From: an uncultured Parcubacteria group bacterium
GTDB taxonomy: Bacteria > Patescibacteriota > Minisyncoccia > UBA6257 > 2-01-FULL-56-20
DNA: 59,659 nt
Assembly (NCBI GenBank): GCA_903911245.1
Contig: CAIWCR010000010.1
Span: forward strand, 1 to 59,659
Reading direction: 5' to 3'
The translations under genes were made by a program, and so were the position numbers. The notes beneath the pieces were generated by a model that saw nothing but the letters and a program-made list of their open reading frames with translations, was not told the DNA's origin and ran no database searches. Of the stretch, positions 53,367 through 59,659 are shown in pieces; positions within the stretch are counted from its first letter, which is position 1; each line of letters opens with the position of its first letter.

Positions 53367-53375
53367 TGATATAAT
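53367..53375 (+). promoter_or_regulatory. extended -10 promoter (TGaTATAAT) 6 nt upstream of the ATG; leaderless geometry
   Basis: TG at 53367-53368, TATAAT at 53370-53375, spacer tccagt, ATG at 53382. Confidence 0.45.
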
Positions 53376-53381
53376 TCCAGT

Positions 53382-53855
53382 ATGAAAATACTAATCGTTT
53401 ATTATTCAAGAACGGGAACAACAAAGAAGGTTGCTGAAAAAATAAGAGGGGGTCTTAATTGTGATATCGAAGAAATAATTCCAGTAAAGAACCACAAAGG
53501 GATACTGGGATTTTTTCTTTGCGGTAAGGAATCGACACAAAAAATACTTCCCACAATAAATCTAGCAATTAAAAATCCTGCCGATTATGATTTAATCATA
53601 TTAGGAACTCCTATTTGGGCTTTGAGTATATCAAGTCCCATGAGAGCATATTTGGAAAATAATAAAGAAAAGTTTAAAAAATTGGCATTCTTTTGCACAA
53701 TGGGCGGAACGGGAAATGAACAAGTGTGTGCTGAAATAGAAAAAATATGTGGCAAAAAAACGTTGACGCGCATGGCACTTCAAACAAAAGAAGCTCAATC
53801 GAAAGAATCTCTAGAAAAAATAGAGGGCTTTATAAAAAGCATAATTCGTATTTAA
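53382..53855 (+). CDS. flavodoxin-family protein
   Basis: The MKILIVYYSRTGTTKKVAEKI N-terminus matches the flavodoxin FMN-phosphate loop. Size 157 aa. Confidence 0.75.
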   Translation: MKILIVYYSRTGTTKKVAEKIRGGLNCDIEEIIPVKNHKGILGFFLCGKESTQKILPTINLAIKNPADYDLIILGTPIWALSISSPMRAYLENNKEKFKKLAFFCTMGGTGNEQVCAEIEKICGKKTLTRMALQTKEAQSKESLEKIEGFIKSIIRI

Positions 53856-53978
53856 CTATCCCTATCCCCCATTAAACAGGTTCTCACGTCATCTAATAGA
53901 GAGCGCAGTCAATGTTTAGGTTTTGTATTACGGTCTGCTATACTGTAATTAAATGTATATTTCAACGTCATCTTTTAT

Positions 53979-54584
53979 ATGAATACTAAAATCATAGCTA
54001 TTTTGGGCGGCGCAATCATTGTTCTTACTACGATTGGTCTTATTATTTTTGAATCGAATACTCACAAAGAAAAAGATAAGGGTCAAGTTTTGGCACAAGA
54101 CTATAAAAATGCGACCTACATAATTGAAGGGCAACCAATCACTCTTACTAATGGACTATCTGAAATGGAAGCGGCTCCCGGCTCGGCAACAAAAATCACT
54201 ACTCGTTATTTCGGCAACGAAGTTAAACACGATCTTAATAACGACGGCCGTGAGGATGTGGCATTTCTCCTAACTCAGGAGACGGGTGGTAGTGGTACCT
54301 TTTTCTATATTGTTGCCGCTTTAAATACTCCAACGGGCTATATCGGCTCACAAGCTTTTTTATTAGGTGACCGTATTGCACCGCAGACAACTGAAATAGA
54401 CGAGGGGAAAACAACCACGGGAACTAATAGAGAAAACGTTATTGTTGTTAATTACGCCGTTCGTTTACCTGGCGAACCATTTGCCACTCCGCCTTCACTA
54501 GGTAAGAGTTTATGGCTTAAGCTTGATCCGATTACCATGCAATTCGGTGAAGTAACACAAAATTTTGAAGGTGAATCAAAATAG
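53979..54584 (+). CDS. membrane-anchored or secreted hypothetical protein
   Basis: N-terminal anchor IIAILGGAIIVLTTIGLIIF followed by a soluble domain. A terminator follows. Confidence 0.5.
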   Translation: MNTKIIAILGGAIIVLTTIGLIIFESNTHKEKDKGQVLAQDYKNATYIIEGQPITLTNGLSEMEAAPGSATKITTRYFGNEVKHDLNNDGREDVAFLLTQETGGSGTFFYIVAALNTPTGYIGSQAFLLGDRIAPQTTEIDEGKTTTGTNRENVIVVNYAVRLPGEPFATPPSLGKSLWLKLDPITMQFGEVTQNFEGESK

Positions 54585-54654
54585 AAAATCTTTACAAAAA
54601 ATCTACCCCAACTACGCAGCCACTAAGCAAGTTCTCACCCCCAATACTAGAGCA

Positions 54655-54700
54655 ACTGAAAAATAACTCGTTTTTATGCAAGTTATTTTTGTATAAAAAA
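54655..54700 (+). terminator. terminator hairpin, copy 2 of the repeated module
   Basis: ACTGAAAAATAACTCGTTTTTATGCAAGTTATTTTTGTATAAAAAA. It lies between convergent genes. Confidence 0.5.
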
Positions 54701-54729
54701 TTTCAAACGATTTCAATTGAGGGAAACTT

Positions 54730-55911
54730 TTAGATTGGATAACGAATAATAACAATACCTGAGCCTCCAGCGCCGCCATACCTAGTTGCGCCAGCGCCGC
54801 CAGCAGCGCCGCCTCCGCCACCACTGCCGGAATTAGCTAAAGCATCGGTCGCATTCGATGAAGTACTTCCACCAGTGCCGCCGCCACTACTACCCAACCC
54901 TTTTTGAGTTATTAATTCTCCACCGCCGCCACCACCGCCTGCATAATACACCGAAGAACCTGAAATTGAATACGATAATCCGACTCCGCCATTGCCTCCA
55001 ATTGCACCTCCTGATCCACCCCCATAAGTACCACTTCCACTTGATCCAACAGTACCTGCGCCACCGCCGCCAGAACCGGGACCATTTGTTACATTGTATG
55101 CACCCCCATTAGAACCCTGACCGGTCGTAGGAGAGCCGCCAGTAGACGCAGAACCACCAGTGCCGCCACCAGAACCACCACTACCTCCATTACTTGAATA
55201 GCCACCACCATATCCTCCACCAATGGCAGTCAATGTACCAAAAATAGAATTGCTTCCCGGGTTTCCATTACTATTACTTCCAGTCTGATGCGCTGCCCCA
55301 CCAGCGCCAATCGTTACTGTAACTTGACCCGTACTAACTGCGTAAGAGGGATAATAAATTACACCACCGCCACCACCACCGCCGCCATGGCCCTCTCCTC
55401 CTCCACCACCGCCACCAACAACAAGAACTTCTACGTTACCGCTGCCAGTAACAGTGAATGTTCCGCTTGTAGTAAAAGTATGAATACGATATCCGCCAAT
55501 GTCAGTAACGGTTCCTCCCGTAGCAGATAAACTACTAATACCAAACCATGATGTCCCATTATAAAATTCAACCCTTGAGGTATCAGTATTGAATCGCATC
55601 ATACCCGTAGTGGGACTCGATGGACGTTGCGCAGTAGTACCAACCGGCATTTTCATACCGGTAGTACCACCCACGTCTAATGTTATAGCAGGATTTGATG
55701 TTCCTATTCCGACATTTCCCGCAGTGTAATACATACTCGTACCACTCAAAAGCCAGAATATCGGATTTCCGTTCGGTGGTTGATTGGATCCAGGACTTGA
55801 GAATGCAAAAACCGCAATCATACAAGCGCTTGAGCCTATGAGGATACTGAGGAAAAGGAGTTTGAAATTCTTGAGGATTTTCATATTTAAATTAATTAAT
55901 TGCAAGCACAA
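54730..55911 (-). CDS. secreted tail-fibre-like protein with a long glycine-rich C-terminal domain
   Basis: Signal peptide. The N-terminal cassette SPGSNQPPNGNPIFWLLSGTSMYYTAGNVGIGTSNP is shared with the upstream paralogue. A TAQRPSSPTTGMMRFNTDTSRVEFYNGTSW motif, recalled from phage fibre proteins, is present. G-runs follow, ending GGSGIVIIRYPI. Confidence 0.6.
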   Translation of the reverse strand: MCLQLINLNMKILKNFKLLFLSILIGSSACMIAVFAFSSPGSNQPPNGNPIFWLLSGTSMYYTAGNVGIGTSNPAITLDVGGTTGMKMPVGTTAQRPSSPTTGMMRFNTDTSRVEFYNGTSWFGISSLSATGGTVTDIGGYRIHTFTTSGTFTVTGSGNVEVLVVGGGGGGGEGHGGGGGGGGVIYYPSYAVSTGQVTVTIGAGGAAHQTGSNSNGNPGSNSIFGTLTAIGGGYGGGYSSNGGSGGSGGGTGGSASTGGSPTTGQGSNGGAYNVTNGPGSGGGGAGTVGSSGSGTYGGGSGGAIGGNGGVGLSYSISGSSVYYAGGGGGGGELITQKGLGSSGGGTGGSTSSNATDALANSGSGGGGGAAGGAGATRYGGAGGSGIVIIRYPI

Positions 55912-57395
55912 ACTCCAGAACTATCTACCGCAGTCGAACAATATCCTAGCGTTTTTCCATCAGGCTTCCAACATGTTATATGATTCGCAAAACCACCTGC
56001 ATCAATCATAACATTTCCGTTTATTTCAAGCGAGATATTCGAATCCATCGTTCCGATACCAATATTGCCAATATTGTTTATTTTCATGAACGGCGTTGAT
56101 GTATCGACTGTCGGGTCAATGGAGATGCCGCTATAGAGAGGATTTACTCTATTATTAAGATCTTGTAATCCCTCCACCAATAAAGGCGTTAGGCGACCGT
56201 AATCAACTGACCATGGGTTTTTCTTTGGATCGTCACCACCTACTGTAACTGCCTCGGGATAAATCTTGTAAAGATCCTGAGCGACAAAACCTTGTACTGT
56301 TTTCTTTTGAGGGTCGGCAATAAAATTGAAATCATTAACAGGAATAGACATAAGTGCGCCTAATCCCCGATTCGTTGATACTATATTTTCTTTGAGGCGA
56401 CGATCTGAGGAAGTATTGAAAGTGGTGTAGGTATTATAATTACAAATAGAACCCACATTAGTACCAGCTGCATTCCAAAAACCAGCGGCACATGCGCCAT
56501 CCCCTTCGGGAAGATAATCTATTGCATATTCAGTTCCACCACCATGATATCGTACGTCGATAGCGGTAGTCCATCCATCATTAGAATAAGTAGATCCGGT
56601 CACCTGGGGACCTTTCAAGACGATAAATCCATTTAAAACAGAAGTTCCTTTTACGCTTAGATTTGCCACCGGCGTTGTCGTACCAATACCAACATTGCCA
56701 CTAGGTTGGAGAATAAGATTACCCCATGCAGCGCCTCCTCCAGTAAGTGAGCCTATCATACTGTAAGTCGTGCCCGTCGGTGCACCAAATTCTTGTACAA
56801 GCATCGTACCCGCGCTAGTGGCAACATAGTCATTAGTTGCAGTCATAAAAGGCTGTACGCCACCTATAATAGAAAGCCTCCTTCCTGGACTTGTCGTTCC
56901 AATTCCGACATAGCCATTGTTTAATATTCTCATTTGCTCTGTCATTTGAGCAGGATCATAATAATTTCCACCTGATGTAAGAAAAGTTAAGATGCCACCA
57001 TTAACATCCTTGTTTCCGCTAATAGCTTGAATTCCAGCCGCTGCTTTCTCGCCCGCTCCTGAATCGCTAATCATAAAGGCCAACATGTTTGTTTTATTAG
57101 TAGCAGCTCCTGTTGTTCCTCCAAAAAGACGCATCGGAACAGCGGTGTCTGAATTTTGTCGTACTTCTAACGTTGATGTTGGACTATTCGTTCCTATCCC
57201 TACGTTTCCTCCTGAATAATACATAGAGGTTCCATTCAGAAGCCAGAAGGTTGGATTTCCATTGGGAGGTTGATTCGATCCAGGACTTGAAAATGCAAAG
57301 ATGCTTATGGCGCAAGCAAAAAGGCCTATGGCAATACTAAGGAATAAAACTTTGAGATTTGAAGAGATGAAAAATCTTGCTGATTTCAGATTCAT
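55896..57395 (-). CDS. secreted tail-fibre-like protein with a Peptidase_S74 intramolecular chaperone domain
   Basis: Signal peptide and the same N-terminal cassette. Repeated GNVGIGT(T/N)xP units. The SSDRRLKENI...VNDFNF...GFVAQDL block is typical of the endosialidase/tail-fibre autoproteolytic chaperone domain. Confidence 0.65.
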   Translation of the reverse strand: MNLKSARFFISSNLKVLFLSIAIGLFACAISIFAFSSPGSNQPPNGNPTFWLLNGTSMYYSGGNVGIGTNSPTSTLEVRQNSDTAVPMRLFGGTTGAATNKTNMLAFMISDSGAGEKAAAGIQAISGNKDVNGGILTFLTSGGNYYDPAQMTEQMRILNNGYVGIGTTSPGRRLSIIGGVQPFMTATNDYVATSAGTMLVQEFGAPTGTTYSMIGSLTGGGAAWGNLILQPSGNVGIGTTTPVANLSVKGTSVLNGFIVLKGPQVTGSTYSNDGWTTAIDVRYHGGGTEYAIDYLPEGDGACAAGFWNAAGTNVGSICNYNTYTTFNTSSDRRLKENIVSTNRGLGALMSIPVNDFNFIADPQKKTVQGFVAQDLYKIYPEAVTVGGDDPKKNPWSVDYGRLTPLLVEGLQDLNNRVNPLYSGISIDPTVDTSTPFMKINNIGNIGIGTMDSNISLEINGNVMIDAGGFANHITCWKPDGKTLGYCSTAVDSSGVCACN

Positions 57396-57464
57396 TACCT
57401 TCTATTATAACAGGAATGAGGAGGGGAAAGAAGAAAAGAAATGGGGATAAACATGAATCTGTCT

Positions 57465-57575
57465 GTCATCCTGACCCCGTATCGTGGCACGGGACAAGCT
57501 CCGGTCAGGATCCATGCTTTCTTCTTTTTCTTAATTAAGACTGGAAGCATGGATCCCGGCCTTCACCGGGATAAC
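57465..57575. repeat. MITE/REP-like palindromic element, same family as 37498-37641
   Basis: Left end GTCATCCTGACC...GGTCAGGATCC (57465-57513). Inner inverted repeat GGATCCATGCTT/AAGCATGGATCC. Right end GGATCCCGGCCTTCACCGGGATAAC (57551-57575). Confidence 0.5.
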
Positions 57576-57587
57576 AGAAAATAAGCT

Positions 57588-58679
57588 TTACAAAATTTTC
57601 CCAATAACGCTAAAAAGATTTTGATTCGCGGTAATAAATACACCAATAATCACAACAAGCGATAATCCATTTGCGATAAGAATAGGATGCTGAATCCGTA
57701 TTTTAATAAAAATATTCAATGCAAGCGCGAATAAAAGAATGGCACATAAAATCATAAGGATGTAATCAAAAAAAGTATGCGGTGTCGCAGCAATCGTCTG
57801 TATAATATTCACCTCAGGAGCGATTTGCTTAGGAAGAATAGAAGTTACTGCCGATTCTTGCGTTCCAGAAGCAATAGCAATAACCGAAGGTGCCGTGGAA
57901 GAGAGCGTATTCATTGAAGCACCTTTTACTTCAGCAAACGTCTCCGTTGAAGAAAGATTTGCAGCTACTATCACCGGCTTGATAGCTGGCTTAGAAGCGA
58001 TTGTTTTTGGATGTTTCGTTGATGTCGTTGGCTTAACAAGCGCGAGCGTTACCGCCGGCACTACCGCAGGCGTTCCAAATTCCTGCACTACAAAAACAAC
58101 CTGCGAGCCTTCGTATGTTCCCATTGCCGTCGCAACACCGATTTCGGTAAATTTATTACTCAAAATATTCGCACGATGTTCGGGAGAATTCATCCACGCA
58201 TCGATAACATCTTTGGAATCCGAAAAATTAACGGCGAGATTTTCTCCTGCGGATGAAAAATCATAGCCTGCTTTCATAAACCAATACCATGGCGTGAATC
58301 CAGCGGGACTCGTATGTGCAAAATAACTTTTTTGCGCCATGTCATTCGCCTTCTCCTGGGCCGCTTCTTGAAGTAAAGGATTTATAGTAAGCGAAGAAAG
58401 TCCATTAGTAACTCTGTTGCTGTTCGTAAAATCAACTACCGTCGCCGGGAAAATAACACCCATCATTTTCGATTTCGGAAAAACAACAAACGCTTGAAAT
58501 AAAACAAAAAATTCGGCGGCAAATATCCACACGAGAAGAATCATTACTGTCCGCGGACGAAGAAAACGGGGGCGGTAATCATTGCCCTCATGAGGAATAA
58601 AATAATTTTTGAAAATTTTCGCGATCCTCGACATGTTATTTAATGAATAAATTATACCATAAATCCAACAAAAACACAA
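57588..58679 (-). CDS. membrane-anchored CAP/SCP (YkwD-like) domain protein
   Basis: YFAHTSPAG...AGENLA...WMNSPEHRANIL CAP-domain blocks, with N-terminal and C-terminal TM helices. The start may be the internal Met at about 58634. Confidence 0.7.
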   Translation of the reverse strand: MCFCWIYGIIYSLNNMSRIAKIFKNYFIPHEGNDYRPRFLRPRTVMILLVWIFAAEFFVLFQAFVVFPKSKMMGVIFPATVVDFTNSNRVTNGLSSLTINPLLQEAAQEKANDMAQKSYFAHTSPAGFTPWYWFMKAGYDFSSAGENLAVNFSDSKDVIDAWMNSPEHRANILSNKFTEIGVATAMGTYEGSQVVFVVQEFGTPAVVPAVTLALVKPTTSTKHPKTIASKPAIKPVIVAANLSSTETFAEVKGASMNTLSSTAPSVIAIASGTQESAVTSILPKQIAPEVNIIQTIAATPHTFFDYILMILCAILLFALALNIFIKIRIQHPILIANGLSLVVIIGVFITANQNLFSVIGKIL

Positions 58680-58748
58680 ACACCCCTTTCGGGGTGTTTG
58701 TGTTTCCTAGGCTCCTTCGTTAGTGACGAAAGAGTTCTGGATTTACCG

Positions 58749-59659
58749 TTACGGTAATGCCGGCATTGGGAGATTGAGCTCTGAACACATAAGTTCATTG
58801 ATCCATCTCTTCGTCGTCTTATAGACATAGCCGGTAGGCGTTGAGGAATTCGGGAGTCCATACGGAACCCATGGCGAAAGCACCATAGTTCCATATTTCA
58901 CCTGAAATTCCTTTACCGCATTGTAGGTGTTTGAATCATAGAACCCAGTAATGGGAAGATTTTTCCCAAGATTCATATTCAAGAACACTTGAAGCTTCAT
59001 AACTTCGGTCACGTCATTCTGCGCACCCAATTTGATATAGCTGCGAAGGTAAAGACCGCACGTTGTTGAAGCACCCAAGACTTGTCCCTGAACAAGTTCT
59101 ATCGAAGCATTCACCGTTCCGAGAATACTTCCCGTAGTCGAGCGGTATTGCGCGTACACCGTTTTCCTTCCCGCACCTGGAGTAAGAGTCCAAGGCATGG
59201 TCGTTGCATACGGTATCCACGTGGAGCTTGCAAAGTCGGGCGTGTTAGAAATTTTCATCGTGTAAGCTCCCGTTCCGTAGAGCGAAAGCATAACACTCGT
59301 CGTTGCGGTTTTTGCCGCACCGCCATTGATGGCTATTTCATACGCCGAACCGCCGCCGCCACTCGTTATCGTAACTCCTCCACCGCCGCCGCCACAATTA
59401 CTTGTGCAAACAGGCGTTACAGGATTTGGAACAGTGAAGGAAACACTCGAACCGTTATTTCCGGTATTTGAGTCCGTCGATGAGGATGTCTCATTGACAG
59501 TCGCCGCATTGGTAACGGTTATTCCATTTCCTGCGTTCACGGTTGCCGTGATCACAAGCGTTGCGGTTGAGCTTGCACTCATATCACCAATCGTCCATGT
59601 TCCGGTCGTTGAAGCATAGGATCCCTTGGTTGACGTTGCACTTACGAAGGTAACGCCAA
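58749..59659 (-). CDS. secreted repeat protein with a C-terminal peptidoglycan-binding (PG_binding_1-like) domain; the 5' end lies beyond the window
   Basis: The frame stays open upstream of the tracked Met through to position 59659. It has a T/S/N-rich beta-repeat region and a GGGGGG linker. The C-terminal [38 protein letters not shown] matches the PG-binding repeat. Confidence 0.6.
   Translation of the reverse strand, partial: GVTFVSATSTKGSYASTTGTWTIGDMSASSTATLVITATVNAGNGITVTNAATVNETSSSTDSNTGNNGSSVSFTVPNPVTPVCTSNCGGGGGGVTITSGGGGSAYEIAINGGAAKTATTSVMLSLYGTGAYTMKISNTPDFASSTWIPYATTMPWTLTPGAGRKTVYAQYRSTTGSILGTVNASIELVQGQVLGASTTCGLYLRSYIKLGAQNDVTEVMKLQVFLNMNLGKNLPITGFYDSNTYNAVKEFQVKYGTMVLSPWVPYGLPNSSTPTGYVYKTTKRWINELMCSELNLPMPALP

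Noticed and set aside
52900-53400. Looked for a direct repeat of the tRNA-Asn 3' half (GGTTCGAGTCCAGGTCGCGGAG) to mark the right att site of the element.
   Set aside because: No copy was seen here or elsewhere in the window, so no att duplication is claimed. The right boundary is given only approximately.
54612-55530. ORFs 54612-54824 (minus strand), 54858-55112 (plus strand) and 55288-55530 (plus strand) in the glycine-rich gene region.
   Set aside because: They are alternative-frame or antisense readings of the GGN/GCC repeat DNA of the 393-aa glycine-rich protein. Their His/Arg/Thr-rich nonsense composition is not credible as protein.
1-59659. Alternative genetic code (UGA recoding, as in some CPR lineages).
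   Set aside because: All recognisable conserved proteins are full-length under the standard code and end at sensible positions. The stop closing the membrane gene at 18155 is a UGA, and no conserved gene is interrupted by an in-frame UGA.

Overview
This is a 59.7 kb, AT-rich, tightly packed bacterial window. Gene content suggests a small-genome, CPR/Parcubacteria-like organism, but that placement is inference only. The standard genetic code fits all long ORFs. All calls below come from reading motifs by eye; no BLAST or HMM search was possible.

Core genes:
- A partial dcw cluster on the minus strand: mraZ-rsmH-ftsL-like-ftsI-murF.
- A separate ftsA-ftsZ pair.
- rplJ-rplL and infC, whose true start appears to be non-AUG.
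- rpsU, ybeY, yqeY, pgk, radC, htrA, and an OmpR/histidine-kinase pair.
- An Nramp transporter, glycosyltransferases of families GT2, GT4 and GT39, and DedA.
- tRNA-Glu(CUC), tRNA-Val(CAC) and tRNA-Asn(GUU).

Accessory content:
1. An integrative element of about 12.7 kb (about 40.3-53.0 kb) lies next to tRNA-Asn. It carries a large serine recombinase, small HTH regulators and a seven-gene plus-strand operon. The operon order is Xis-like HTH, a RadC(JAB)-D12 methyltransferase fusion, a second D12 methyltransferase and an AlwI/BstNBI-like type IIS endonuclease. It ends with an orphan module: a 1062-aa 4-TM protein, a 165-aa 4-TM protein and a 58-aa hyperacidic peptide. This orphan module is my best candidate for an undescribed defence system.
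2. Two divergently transcribed SET-domain genes, one of them co-operonic with a DUF2156-like gene and followed by a PurD-like ATP-grasp gene.
3. A surface-protein cluster (54-59.6 kb). It holds two tail-fibre-like paralogues (one glycine-rich, one with a Peptidase_S74 chaperone domain), a CAP-domain protein and a peptidoglycan-binding repeat protein.
4. A family of GTCATCC...GGATCC palindromic MITE/REP-like elements.

Other sequence-level signals:
- A recurrent (TGn)TAnnnT -10 box sits 6-7 nt upstream of ATG at nine or more genes, which suggests widespread leaderless mRNAs.
- An AAAGTG-repeat MraZ operator overlaps a TTGACA-16-TATTAT promoter.
- A structured, relatively GC-rich orphan intergenic region of about 350 nt follows infC.
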